A DNA stretch of 63,787 nt, counting the filler, from Neolecta irregularis DAH-3 (taxonomy: Eukaryota): the NCBI GenBank assembly GCA_001929475.1. It is 13 parts of 13 records of this genome, joined end to end, with 100 filler letters (N's around TTAATTAATTAA, not from the genome) between each part and the next. Parts side by side here need not be neighbours in the genome. Positions count along the whole stretch, not along the records: positions 36,140 to 41,074 come from LXFE01001068.1; positions 41,175 to 44,450 come from LXFE01001069.1; positions 44,551 to 54,730 come from LXFE01001070.1; 10 more parts are not named here. One strand, written 5' to 3'. Positions 37,100 through 50,625 of this stretch are shown piece after piece. The position numbers were made by a program, and so were the translations under genes. Below the pieces are notes generated by a model that saw only the letters and a program-made list of their open reading frames with translations, had not been told where the DNA came from and did no database searches. The stretch's first letter is position 1. The number at the start of each line of letters is the position of its first letter.

Positions 37100-38950
37100 T
37101 ATATAAGTTAGCTTATAGATTGACAGATAGTCGGAAGCCTTCTTCGATAAGCCATCAAGAACGGAAGAGTGAATCCAGCGGTGAGATATCCAAAAGTCAT
37201 GATAGCTGGAAGTCTTTGAACGAGACGTCGTAAAACCATTACAGAACAATAAAGTCCTTTGGAATCGGGATCAGGGATATTTATAACAATCATGTTTTGA
37301 TTGCGCCAGAATCATACGATTATTGTAAAGTGCCAAATTTATACACTGGTTTCTATTGCGTGGTAGCACTCGTCGCAGCTAGCGATAAAATCGGACTATA
37401 GCAAAAGGACCTAGAGTTATTGTAATATGCCGGGTTTCTTGATCTTTCCAGTTGACACCTGTGGGGACGATCAAGCCCCACATTCCCCATACGGCAGTAC
37501 ATGCGGGATTAGGCCTGTCGACGGCACAGAACTGGTGGCACTAACCCAATCCGGGAGCGAGGAGCGGGGATGAGGAAAACAACCCAGGTCCAGAGAGACG
37601 GAGCTCATGAGCTGGAAGTGGCGCTCTCGGATGGGTATCTCGGTATGGCCTGGGGCACTATTGTACCAGGCTTAATTCTGTATATCATAATGCTAGTTGT
37701 TATTACCAGATACGACTACTCAGCAGCCATACTAAATTAAGATACTAGCTTGATATTCACAACATTTCTTCCCTCAAACAGACTGTTTCTGTCTACCTCC
37801 CCTGCAGACACTTGCCGGTCGATTGTCCCATTTTTCTACAACTCAAGGTTAGCTTGTCTTTTGTCAAGGAAAGGATTTTTGGAATTTGAGCAGGATGACA
37901 AACCAGCAGGAACAAACTGAGAGAGTATGAACCTTGCAATGTCCTCGAACTCAATCCAGTCTCCTGGAGAGCTACATTTTGGAGTCTATAAACGAGTAAC
38001 TCGTTTCTCCAGACGATACCCAAGTACAAGAATAACGATTTATACCTGGTCCCTCCTCTTGTGCAGTTTCTAGGTAAAGGTCGCTTGTTGAAAATTATTA
38101 CTTGTTAAGTGTTGAAAGGATTTCATGTGGAGCAGCTCCGCCTTCAAAAGAAACTATAGTTCATGTGCGTCGCAAGTATCCAGCTTGGGACGGTTTTCAA
38201 GGTATGCTCGTCGTTTATATAGACTTTGACGAGTATAGGATATGGATTAACTGAGTGTCCCGGGATATCACACGCTATTCCTGGGGATGTTGTCGGTGGG
38301 AGCTGTGGCGTCGTTTTTCAAGGCCTAAAGTTGGAGATTATCGATACGAATGGTGAAGAAGTTGTTACAAAAGGTAATTCTGGAGAGATTATCGTTCAGA
38401 GTCGGCTGTTGTCGAGGGGTATTTAAAGGATGAGAAAGGAAACAAGGAAACATGAGCATGATGACGAGTTCTTGGATATGATGGTATAGTGTTGTAAACG
38501 GTTGGCTCCATACAGGGGATGGGGATTTTATGAGAAAAAGGAATAAGGGAAACAATCATTTTTATCTCGTTGATCGCAAAAGAGAGTTGATCAGGGTATG
38601 AATGATTTATGCTGAAATTCAGGTGACTAGTTTTCCAGTAGCGCCAGCCGAACTCGATTACTTTTATTTCATCAAAAGGGTTTCCATTGACAATTAATCA
38701 TGTTCTAACAATAGTTGCCCATGCAGCTGTTGTTGGGGCTACCGATCTAAATCAGAGGAGACCCCAACAACATTCTTTGTCAAACAAGATGAAACACTGA
38801 CATTTAACGAACTCGAAAATTACCGAAAAGAAACCAAAGCAAAGCACAAATGGATTCGACAATTCGAACTCGTCACGAAAATACCCAAATCTCCGAATGG
38901 GAAATACTGCAAAGGGAGTTTGGTGGATTACTTTGCAAATTGTAAGGAAC
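37100..38950 (+). pseudogene. Decayed AMP-binding enzyme (4-coumarate-CoA-ligase-like)
   Basis: Broken-frame motifs from about 38010 onward: LYLVPPLVQFL, SCGAAP, GYGLTE, GEII, GWLHTGD, FYLVDRKRELI, VAPAEL, IPKSPNGK, with stops and frameshifts. 5' boundary uncertain. Confidence 0.75.
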
Positions 38951-40145
38951 TGCGGTATTCATTGTGTAATGTGATATGATTAAATTTCTAGTTAAATTGA
39001 TGACTTATTGATTTGTCTCTTTTGACGTAGTTTGTTTTTACCCGGTTGAATTCGATGCCGTAAAGTAGCCAGTACAGTTTCAGATATCTTCCTACCTCAT
39101 TTACGAGTGCGGTATTATTTCCTAGTTAGAAAGACTTTGGAATTTTTAGTTTTCAACGGAATTAGTTCGATAGCGAGAATACTTGAATCCATAAACTTTA
39201 AATCTAATAAATGTGGAGGTGATGGAATAGTTTGACTCCCATGAATTTCCTGTTTGATGAATGATTTGTTTTGTTTAATTTGGGTTTCAGAATGATATTT
39301 AAATCTGGATTTGAAGAGAGGTGAGGGATTGACGCGTAAAAGTGAGTTTAATAGGGTTCTTGCACCTTCTAGTGATGAGTATACGTATCGGGAGAAATCA
39401 CGTTTATGAAAGACTAGAGACGATTCAAGTATATGCATGGAAACAGAAACAGGTCTAGATTTTTGGACGCATTCTTGAATCCAAGTAGGCAGAAACACAA
39501 CGATTGAGCTGTGTGAGTCGAGATAAACGAGAAGACGTACTCGTCAATGGAGAACTCTAGTCGGGAGTGGGCAAAGTAGTGGGTAGTTGTATGGTTTGGT
39601 ATGGAACAAATCTTGCCGCCGTTGGTAGCTGTAGTGAGAGATGGATTGGATAGAATGTACACCATAATTGAATAATGTCTTTATGGACTGAATGGGAAAA
39701 TACAGCGGACAGAGGGGTGAAAAGTTTATTGTGGTTGATCATTGGCCTTGGCGTGTTAATATTAAATGAGCGATGAGCGAATGCGCGACATGTAACAGGG
39801 TCCTCCGACGTGATCAACAGGATCCGCCGACGTTGATCACATCACGAACGACACGTTACGAACAACGATAGGATTGATAGGATAGGATCCGATTTGGAAC
39901 GACAACGTTCGACACGACTCGTCAGGATCCACGACCGGACAACCGCGGCAACGAACAAATTTCTCGCCACAATTGTATCAATCGACAGTCGTCAATCGGT
40001 GGTAAATCATCGTATTGCCAATTGCTATTGGTAATCATCAACTCATCTGACGATTATCATAAAACTATCAACTCATCATCTCATCTCATCACCCGTCCAC
40101 TCATTTCACATTTCCTTTTCATTGTTCATTATTCACCATTAATAC

Positions 40146-41074
40146 ATGCTGCTCACGATCCTCGCGTACATTGGAGGAATATGGTACACTTGCGTGATTC
40201 TAGTTTGCATGCTTGGCACAACAACCATGTATTTCCCCAACGGCACGAATCTAACATCCAGATTCCTGAAATACAAGAAAGCACAACCTAGCATGCTTGA
40301 AGAGGACGACGAGTCGCCTGGTGTATCTATTCTCCGGCCGCTCAAGGGGATTGAGGATGAGCAGTATGCATGCCTGGAGAGTGCGTTTCTGCAGCGGTAC
40401 AAGAACTTTGAGGTTATCATGTCTGTGGCGGACGGGGCGGATGCTGTTGTGGGCATGGCGCGGCAGGTGATGGCGCAGCACGGGGAGGTGCCGAGCCGCC
40501 TGGTGGTCGGGACGCCGCGGGGGCCGACTGGCGGGCGCGGGGCGGCGGGCGCGAATCCCAAGATCAACAACCTGGTCGAGGCGTTTGCGCAGGCGCGGCA
40601 CGACATTGTGTGGATTCTGGATGCGAATGTGTGGGTGGGCGCGGGGACGCTGGGGCGCAGCGTGGCGGCGCTGCGCAGGGCGGCGCTGGTGCACCACCTG
40701 CCGCTGGGCGTGTGTGTGGCGCGGGAGGCGCAGTTTGCGGCGCAGCTGGAGGCGATGTACCTGGCGACGGCGCACGGCAAGATGTATGTGGCGATCAACG
40801 CGGTGGGCGTTGCGCCGTGCGTCGTGGGCAAGTCGAATCTGTTTCGGCGCAGCGACCTGCTCGCAGCGGCGCCGGCGGGCCTGGCCGGCTTTGCGCGGTT
40901 TGCGGCGGAGGACCAGCTGGTGGCGGCGGCGCTGTGGCGCAGCGGCGGGCGGCACGTGCTGGCGGGCGACTGTGCGTGGCAGCCGTGGCAGGAGTGTGGC
41001 GGTGGCGGTGGCGGCTACTGCGCGCGGCGGGTGCGGTGGCTGCGCGTGCGCAAGTTTGTTGTGCCGGCGGCGAC
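40146..41074 (+). CDS. GCS1: Ceramide glucosyltransferase (GT21), 3' end lost at linker
   Basis: N-terminal TM; VSILRPLKG, NPKINNL, WILDAN, CVVGKSNLFRR, AED, RRVRWLRVRK. Confidence 0.92.
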
Positions 41075-41555
41075 NNNNNNNNNNNNNNNNNNNNNNNNNN
41101 NNNNNNNNNNNNNNNNNNTTAATTAATTAANNNNNNNNNNNNNNNNNNNNNNNNNNNNNNNNNNNNNNNNNNNNCCCCGACCCGCCCCCGCCTCTCCCGC
41201 TGCACACCCCTACCGCCCCTGGTTCCCCGCCAACTTTCGCGACCTGTTCATCACCCCCAGAGCTGCAACTCCCTCCGATCTAGAATCAGCTCAAGGCCAG
41301 CCCTCTCCAATACCCCTCTCCACAGTCCACACCCCCTCAATCTTGGCCACTCACTCCTAACCCTCCCTCCCCTTTTGGGCTATACCCTTCCGGAGTCTGG
41401 TCGGTTTAATCTGTTTCCCTTTCTCCTTTCGCTAGGCCCATGCAATCGAAATTTCTTTATTTCCATGTATATTTGTCCATAGATTGTATGCTTTTCTTAT
41501 ATTATATTTGCATAAACATCCTGCAATAATAAGATGCCGTATTTATATAATATCA

Positions 41556-44450
41556 TCATATAGATAGGTTCTCCCGGAAATACCTTTTGGCAACATCAAC
41601 GGCTTGATCGATTTTCATTGGTTCCGTTCCAATACCTTGACAACTCTCCCCTTTTCCCCCACTTCGACCTCCAATCACTTGACAAACTACTCTTGACCAA
41701 TCCTGAGCATTAACCCCGTTCTCCCCGGCAGACTGCATAATGAGTAGAGGTCACAGGAGTGGTACCTTGGACACTAGACATGCATGCGCAATCTTGCCAC
41801 CTTCATCCTCGTCTGCCGCAAACAAAAATACACTCTTTTCTCCTAGACCTTTGACATGAGTCAACGCAAACGACAAGGCCTTTGGATTCGCTGAAACTCC
41901 CAAAACTTTCAATACAGCAACTTGATCATCTGGATGCGTTTCGAAATACTTGATAATCGAATCCAATGCTACTTTATTCTCGGCATTTTTCTTGGCTTTG
42001 TCAGCGTCCGTCATCTCCTTTTGTAACCTGGCGAAATGATCACGCAAGTGCGATTTCTGGATTGCGGAAATGGAGAGACTGCTTAGTTCCAACCCGGTAG
42101 ATTTTACCAATGTTTCCTTTTCAGGCGACATGGCCATTTTCTCTAGTTTCGACAGACGGACGGAGAAATCCTCGGCAATCCTCGAGACCTTTATTAGTTA
42201 CAAAAAGCACGATGCTGTACCTGCTGAGCTTCTTCTCCCGTTACACCTATTATTCGTCGAATACCCTTTGCGATCGCGCTTTCCTCGATAATCACCAATT
42301 TCTTGATATCCCCAGTCTTGGCAACATGAGTACCCCCACAATACTCAATACTATACTTCCACCACTCGGGATTCTCAACATCTTGAAGAATTTCCTCGAT
42401 ATCTTTTCCCACACACACAACTCTAACCGGGTCCGGATACTTTTCTCCAAACACAGCACGAAGTCCAGAAATTTTCTCTCCAATAGAAAGTGATACGTCC
42501 TTTGAATATACCTCAACATCCCGCTGAATATACTCGCTGCATATCTGTTCAATTCGAACAAGTTCAGGCACAGATACGCCCTTATTATGGCTGAAATCAA
42601 ACCGAAGACGATCAGGAGCAACCAGCGATCCCTTTTGATGTACATCACCAACTAATACCTCCCGTAACGCAAAATTAAGAATATGCGTACCAGTATGATT
42701 ATTCCTGATAGGCCACCTCCTCAATTCATCAAATGAACAATAAACATCTTCTCCAACGGAAAATTCTCCATATCGGAAAAATCCAATATGTAAAACGTAC
42801 CCTGCATACACCTGGACATCGTCAACTTGAAAATCTGCTTTTCCGCTAATGAAAATGTTTCCTGTATCGTGTTCTTGTCCCCCTGCTTCCGCGTAAAACT
42901 CAGTCTTGTCGAGTATTATGCCTACCTGTTCGCCTTCCTCCACCATCTTTGTCGATTCGCCAAACGTCGGTTTTTGAGTTTGCTGGTCTTTATAGAGAAT
43001 AGCCAAAACTCTGGGAGTAAAATCTACACAACCTGGAAAATAATGTTGGCTGGTGAATAAAAGGATGAATTACTGTATTTGAATGAATCGTCCGTTGTGG
43101 GTATTTTCATTTCGTTGGTTAGTTTATCGAGATGATGAACATCAAGTTTCAACGCATCGCTTTTGTTTTTCCCAGCTTTATGAGCTGCTTTACTAAGTTT
43201 CTTGGACCGAGCTTGAGCTTGTTCAAATCCAATTTGATCGATCGTCAATCCATTTTCTTCGGCCATTAATTGCGTTAAATCAACCGGAAATCCAAAAGTT
43301 TCATACAACCTCCAAATATCAGCGCCATCCACAACACTCGAATTAGAAATTTTGGCTTTTGTAATATACTGTTCAAACATTTTTTCTCCCCGGTCTAAAG
43401 TTTTGGAAAATGACGCTTCTTCTTCGTCTAGGATTTCTTTTGCATCGTCTAGTTTTTGGGCGAGTTCAGGAAACATGTCGCTCTGCGAGTTAAAACACGG
43501 TACAACAAGGGCATACCATTTGTTCGACTAGAGTAGGCGCAAGCGTAGAGAAGAAATGTCCAATAGGATAATTAAACTTTTTTCTCACATAGCGCGCTCC
43601 TCGTCTCAACACACGACGTAATACATACCCGCGTCCATCATTATTCGGAACTCCACCGTCCGCAATGGCAAACAGTAACGTCCGGATATGGTCGGCAACT
43701 ACTCGATATGCAGTATCCAGCCCGTCGATATCGTCTTTTCCGAGTTTACCTTGATACGGTCTAGCCCCTGTGATTTCCTGGATCTTGTCAAAGAGAGGCG
43801 CGAACACGTCTGTATCATAATTTGACGAGACATCTTGTAGTACAGAGACTAGCCTTTCGAATCCCATGCCAGTGTCGACGTGTTTAGCCGGCAGTGAGCG
43901 TAAAGAACCATCGCTCTCCCGATTAAATTGGATAAAGACATTGTTCCAGATTTCAAGAACGTCAGGATCATCCATGTTGACTAAATGAGCTGCATTTCGA
44001 CCGCCTCCAATTCGATCATAATGGACTTCGGAGCACGGCCCACAAGGTCCTTGTTCACCCATTTCTAAACATAAACCGGATGAAAAATAAATAAAGGTAC
44101 CCCAAAAGTTATCCTTGAGATTCCCAGGAAGAAGATGATCTTGCGCAACGCCAATTGCCATCCACAAATCTCGAGTTTCAAAATCAGGTTCAAGCCCGGA
44201 ATCAGCATCACCTCCGAAATACGACACGTATAGTCGATCCGGAGATAATTCATATACCTGCGTAAGTAATTCCCACGAGAATGCAATGGCTTCTTTTTTA
44301 AAGTAATCGCCAAAAGACCAGTTTCCCAACATTTCAAACATGGTGTGATGATAACTCTGTACGATTAACAATATGATTATCCCAAAAAAAGTACGTCTTT
44401 GCCGACATCTTCCAAGTCTGTCTCTTGTTAGCGGGATTGAAAGTATGACT
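41556..44450 (-). CDS. ALA1: Alanyl-tRNA synthetase (multi-exon; 5' end lost at linker)
   Basis: [43 protein letters not shown], editing-domain NHTGTH and EYCGGTH, C-terminal GGRSGGK. Confidence 0.97.
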
Positions 44451-44819
44451 NNNNNNNNNNNNNNNNNNNNNNNNNNNNNNNNNNNNNNNNNNNNTTAATT
44501 AATTAANNNNNNNNNNNNNNNNNNNNNNNNNNNNNNNNNNNNNNNNNNNNTTTTGTTTTATTTCAGCCAATAATATTTTTCCTTTTTCCAGTTTATGTCA
44601 GAATCCCCCCAAAGACTCTACAACCACAATTTGTGTACGTCATGCTCGTTAGAATTCAACCGAGTTCTGCTTAAACTCCATGAAGCAAAGGAATATGACG
44701 ATACAGTAAGGTAGCAAATAGGAGAGCCTGAGATGAATGATGGACAATCGTCATCAAGAAAATCATATTATTTATTTGCTACAGACATCATATGTCGAAG
44801 CCGATGAACTTGACTCGCC

Positions 44820-46532
44820 CACTGAGATTTTCGTTCATTCTTTTGAATTCGTGGCTTTTGAACATGCAAATCCAAAACACCCCATCTCCAGTCCATAAAC
44901 CGCTGGATCCCTAAATCAGTCTCATTCATAATTGTAGAATTGCGTCCTTCCTAATTTAATGAGGCAAGGTCTGTAAATTAATAGTTGTACCTTTATATCA
45001 TTCCAAATAAGCTCCCAATGCCCAACCCGTAAAATGCTCCACGACTTTTTATCTAGAAAAAGGTTCTGCTGTATGATGCGGAGCAGTAACTTTCTAGCTT
45101 GTTTGGTTTTCCATAATTTTGATTCGCCTTTGAATTTTATCAAAGACATCAACAGAGCGTTGTAACAACGAATATCTCCGTAGACGCCTTGTCGAGACAT
45201 CATATTGTACACATGAATCAACTGTTCAAAGGTTCTGGTTCTCCTAACAGCCCAGAAAAGACGAGACCAAGCTGCTTCCGCCAAGATATGGTTACCGTTA
45301 AATGCTTCTATAGCCAGCTGAAGACATAGTTCGGGATTTACTGATGACAAAGGAATCAAAAGCATGCTGTACATATGCGCTGTTTTCTGTGTAAAAGTTT
45401 GGAATAGCCCGTATGCTCGATCATAATCACCCGCTTTGATGAATGCGTTTAGTACAATTCCGTGGGAAACTGGACCAAGAGTCATTCCTAGTAGTTCGAC
45501 ACGTTTTATCATTGATATGACGCGAGTCTATCCACTCAATGAGCTTCTTGCCAATTGACTTACATGATCGCCTTGCGAAGCGTAGTAGTTCATGATTGGA
45601 GTATATGAATATTCATCTTGTGGGACATTTGCAGTGGCCATCCTCGACAACATGATTTCAGCCCGATTTAAATGTCCATTTTTGACTAATTGAGATATCG
45701 CAAAGTTCCAATCTTTTGTAGAGGCGGTAATTGGCAACGATTCGAGAAGCTCTGGATTCACTGAACCTGCTCGATGCTGAATCTTTTTCCAAGTTTCCTC
45801 GATGGCAGGATCGCATCCGAGAACTCGCTCAGATTGATTATATAGCTCACGTGCATACTCAACATCATTACGGAAAGCCCACAAATATTGGTTCCAAAAA
45901 TAAGAGGAGGTAGGATATATTTCGACCGCGATGGGTAAAATCTGCCTGAGGGTAGAGTTCCTCTTTGAGGAAATGCAGTATTCAACATAAACGATAAACT
46001 TTTTCTCGGATTTAGGGATGTTTTTGGTCCATGGTCGAACTCGGATGTGAGCAGTAGATGGTTGATATCGAGGCACGATAGTCACCGATGATTTTAATCG
46101 TTTCGAGCGATAGATCTCGGTTGGGATAGCAATTGCGGGAATTCTTTTTATCGGGGATCTCGAGATCTTCTTCCTAATAATCCGCTTTTTTAAAATGTGT
46201 AACTTTCCCTTGTTTCTAAGATGATCGATGAACCTCGATATGCCGAATTTATAAAACCTCAGTGGATGGTGTGAATCATTTTCTTCTCGTACTTGAGAGC
46301 TACCCCCGACAAAGCCGGTCGTACAATTCATCGAAGATTGCGGTTGTTTCAAAATTTGAAAGGTCGAGTACATCTTGCCCATGTTAATCCTCCAGACAGT
46401 TCTCGCAGCAACAAAGCCGCAGTTGCGTAGTTGTGAAGACTTGATGAAGAATCGACTTTTGTAGAATGGATGGCCTGAAAGAAGGGTACGACGAGAAAAG
46501 AAATCTCTAGCCAACGAGTGGCTAGGGATCAT
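44820..46532 (-). CDS. Pentatricopeptide-repeat (PPR) protein, probably mitochondrial
   Basis: Basic presequence; PPR-like helices WNFAISQLVKNG...M...V.QDEYSYTPIMNYYA, IVLNAFIKAGDYDRAYGLF, M...GVYGDIRCYNALL. 3' end approximate. Confidence 0.75.
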
Positions 46533-46912
46533 GAAATTGGCCCTTTCTGCCTATCCTCAGAATTTAAATTGAATCGACTCAAAGCACACCTTCCAATCCC
46601 GAGTCTTGGGGGCTATGACTAGAGTTGTAGAAGACAGTCTGGAGCTCGCGACATACGGAAATGAGTAAGTGGTCTGAGTAAACGCAGGGGAAAGTTTGAG
46701 ACATTCATTCGCCGGTGGCTGGAATAAGAGATGGACGAGAGTATGATAAACAATGTTTGAACATGGGAATACAATGCGGAAAATAGTGTAGGTGTTTGGG
46801 GAGCTAGAGGCCCTTTCGTTGAATAGGGGAATGCCTGCCAACCCCCTTCGTTGTATTCGCAGCCTTCGCGGATGCCATAAACATAAACACCACCAGCACT
46901 GAAGGATCTTCT

Positions 46913-47401
46913 ATGAGCAGCGACAAAACCCTGACGACCGACCAGCTCCTGCGTCGTCTGGATGAGCTGAAGCGCGACAAGATACGGATTGAAGCCGCAC
47001 TCGAGGCGGAATCGGAGAACATTGTCAACCGCCTGTCGCGCCAACTCAAAGAGCTGCAAGCAGAGCGCGGGATCCAGAACCCTGCGAGTTCGTCTGTGTC
47101 TCGCCAAAACAGCCAGAGTTCGCGGGCCCGGAGCGCGAGCAGAGACAGACGGTCGCCCAGGTTGGACTATTGCGCCGGCGGGTTCAGCATTAACACAAGC
47201 AGTGTCAGTCCGGTCGTCCACTCTGGCAGTGCCAATATGCATGGAAGCGTACCAACAACACCGTACATGGGCACCTTTGACGCGGGGTACATGGATGTAC
47301 TCCGGCGTGAGAATGACCTACTGAGGATGGAGAACGACCGGCTGAAGAGGAGCCTGGGTGAATCGGCGGACAAATGTACGAGTGTGGCAAGACTGCATTA
47401 A
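46913..47401 (+). CDS. Coiled-coil protein, CCDC6/DUF2046-like
   Basis: LKRDKIRIEAALEAESENIVNRLSRQL and LRRENDLLRMENDRLKR heptads around a Ser-rich linker. Confidence 0.6.
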   Translation: MSSDKTLTTDQLLRRLDELKRDKIRIEAALEAESENIVNRLSRQLKELQAERGIQNPASSSVSRQNSQSSRARSASRDRRSPRLDYCAGGFSINTSSVSPVVHSGSANMHGSVPTTPYMGTFDAGYMDVLRRENDLLRMENDRLKRSLGESADKCTSVARLH

Positions 47402-47588
47402 CAATGTCCAGATAGCAAGCTTGAGAAGGAGTTTGAGCACTACAAATGCAACAGGGCCAGTGAATAGGCACAGACGTGGCTGTTTGCGATTTGTCATTAC
47501 TTAACATTACATGAAACAAAAGGAGCAATCTTAATATACAAACTGGATAACCCATAACGCCCCAAATACTTGTACACAGAAAGAGCCG

Positions 47589-48044
47589 CTAGAAGCGAGC
47601 TCTTGTTGTAAATGCCAAGCGTTCTGGAGGCCCACGGCCGTACCTGGCAGGAGAATAAGAACGCCGTTTGTGGCAAGCCGTGCGGGTTTTTCGAGTGCTG
47701 CGCCTCAGACCGGGCCGCAGTTCTGATGTCGTGTCTGTCGGACTGACACTGACATAGTGTATACGCACTGGCGATTCACCCAGCCGGTAGGCGGCGAGTT
47801 TCAATTGTTCGTCCTGGCTGAAGCGAGGTGTTGATGTAGTGTCAAACACACGATTATCGTTGTTACTGCTGCCATTGCTGTCGTTGCTTGTTCGCGCAGT
47901 ACTTGTCAGAGTCTGGCGATAGGAGTCAAAGTGCGATAAAGACTCGCTATCGCTGCTCGCAGGCAGAGGCAGTACACGGATCTTCATGGAGTGAGGTGCG
48001 ACTTGGCGGTGTGTTTGTTTGCTAGACGATCTCGCTACCGCCAC
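47589..48044 (-). CDS. Hypothetical Ser/Arg-rich protein
   Basis: 151-aa ATG ORF only; no recognisable motif. Confidence 0.3.
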   Translation of the reverse strand: MAVARSSSKQTHRQVAPHSMKIRVLPLPASSDSESLSHFDSYRQTLTSTARTSNDSNGSSNNDNRVFDTTSTPRFSQDEQLKLAAYRLGESPVRIHYVSVSPTDTTSELRPGLRRSTRKTRTACHKRRSYSPARYGRGPPERLAFTTRARF

Positions 48045-48232
48045 TACTGCAGATCACTTCCGCCTCGCCACCAAGCGCCACCATCAGATGGCTTCGATGC
48101 ATTAGTCTCATCTACACGCTGAATTTATATAATCGATACCAAAGAACAACGCAGAATAGAAACCAACATGCCATGTACAATGAATAGACTCAGGGTTCCT
48201 CAACTTGGCCCCCGGGCGCATCAGTCGATCAA

Positions 48233-50625
48233 TCAATCCAACTCGGTCCCAAAATCCAAAACCTCAAAACACGTCTCTTGGTTCCGCTGCACAGCTGCAA
48301 CGCATCTCCGCTCATCGAATTTGATTTGCCATACTCCAGAAAGCCCAGTTAGTATGTCGCGGATGAACCGGCCCGTTTTGATATCCCAGATCTTGACATT
48401 TCCATCAGATCCGCTAATCACTTTTTGATCATCATGCTGAAAACATGTTATTGCCCCAGTATGAGCAGTTAGAATGTGTTGACACTGCCCTGAATCCGGA
48501 TTCCAGATGCGTAGCGTCGAGTCTGCTGCCGCGGACACAAGTTGTCTGTGAGATAGAGAAAGTAATCCAACGAGTGACGTGTGTCCTAAACCATCAGCAG
48601 ATAGACGGTAGTCTTCAACACTCACCTTCTAGAGTATATAGACAGTCACCGCCGACGAGATCCCAGACCTTTACAAAGCAATCCATACTCCCGCTAACAG
48701 CTTTACCTTTCTTTGTGTCAAGTGCTACAGAATAGACTTTGGCTGCATGACCAACATATGTATGCACACATTGCCCAGTGCTGACTGTCCATAATTTAAC
48801 GTTATTATCATAACTTCCACTGACAAGAAGATCATCCTGTCCGGCAATGGCTCGGACACTTTGAGTATGCCCTGCCAGCTTCCTCAGGAAGAAAGGGTTG
48901 GGCCCATCGTCTCGTTCAAAATCATAATGCGGATCCTTGGGTCTGGGGAGTCTCCAGACTCGAAGACTCGAGTCTCGACTTCCGGTGACAAATACTTTTT
49001 CCCCCAGTTTTTCTCCGTCCATGATCTGTAGACAGCGGACGGTTTGTGTATGCCCACCAAAGACATGTGTGCATTCTCCGGTTTCGATATCCCATATACG
49101 GACAGTTCGGTCGGTGCTTGCAGAAACAAGAGTGTTTCCAACGTACTCCAAGGCCCATACGCCGCCTTCATGGCCTCTCATTCGACGTAGAAGAGTCCCA
49201 TCTCGTGTAGATGAGACATTTATCGAATGATCATCCGAGCCGCTGAGAATCTTGTCGTCATCGAACTGGAGACACGTTACTACATTTCGACCGTGTCCGT
49301 TGAACGTGATATGGTGAGGCTGTCGATCAGGATCCATCCAGTTCTTGCGAAGTATATCCTGTCTCCTATATATCGCTTTAAATAGCCTCGGAGGAAGCGG
49401 CGCAGACATTATCGCCATCCGCGAATCCTCCGTCTTTCGCCTTCGTTTCGAACTTCTAAGTGGCTTCTTTGGTCGCTTATCCGCGCTATCAAGATCCTCG
49501 CCAACCCAATTTTCGTGAATTGCGCGTTGGATGTGGTGATCATGAAGCGTGTACCCGTCTAACCGGAACCTCTCTTTCCACACGGATTCATCTGTATCCA
49601 CGATATTCCGCCATCCCCTAGAAACCTGAGCTGCTCGACACAACGACTGTGCATCGAGAAATTTAAGTACATGAATGGCCAATTCGTAAGGCAGCATTGT
49701 GATAAAATCTCTTTTTAAGGAAGGGTTGACGAGACTCGCGATGAATTGGAGAGTCCGTTTATCACATCGACGGAGAAGATGGTACATTACAAGCGGTTGT
49801 ACACGGGGCGAGACATTATCAAAAGTAGCAACGAGATCAGGTAGACGCATCAAATTCAATGTTTCCGGATGTTCCCAATCTTCAGAGATGCGAGGCGGGG
49901 AGGCGGAAGAACTGTTGGGACTCATTGGAGCATCATCCATGATCGAATCTTGGGATAACGAGGGTTCAAGTTGCATCGCAGCAGCATCCAATTCAGTCAC
50001 GGGAGTCAAGTTTTCCATTTCGGTGGGCAGCAAAAGGCGGTGAAGTGGATTGTAAACATGGCAATCAGACTGCCTCTGCTTCCGTTTTGGCTTCCGACTG
50101 GGTTTCGATGAGGAGCTCGCATCTTCTCCTGCCAAGCTAACGGGACTCGCCGGCCGTTTTCGGCAGGCGGAAGAAGTAGTAATTTGGATTTGTCTCGGTG
50201 GCAATGAATTATGGTCGTACGTAACGGTCTCCAATGTTCCATCACGACGCTCCAACGCCCTTGCGATATCCTCAATCTACCATAATCAGAAACCAGTCCG
50301 AGAACGTATACAAAAGACATACCATCTCCAGCTGCTCGTCGGGGCCTTCCACAGCCCTAAGAAATGCCGGTTTGCCATCAACTTCCAACGCCAGCCGCTT
50401 GATACTTTCGGGCATCGGTGCATCAAACAACGGAAACTGCTTGGCATCCAGCAAAACGTCGCGTTTCCGGGGTGCAGGCATGACCATGGGCGGCAGAGTA
50501 GTAGTTGTTGTTGTCGTGGTTGTGACCACTGTAGTCTTCGAGACGGGACCAAACGACAAACGGCTGACTGAGGAAGAATGACGAGACAACGCCGTCCCGC
50601 GTCGATTTGTACACTCAGAGGTCAT
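48233..50625 (-). CDS. CDC4: F-box/WD40 SCF substrate receptor (Cdc4/Fbw7/Pop1-type)
   Basis: KTTVVTTTTTTT..PP N-terminal motif, F-box RDFITMLPYELAIHVLKFLD, WD repeats VVTCLQFD, GHEGGVWAL, GHTSLVGLL, AHTGAITCFQHD. Confidence 0.93.
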
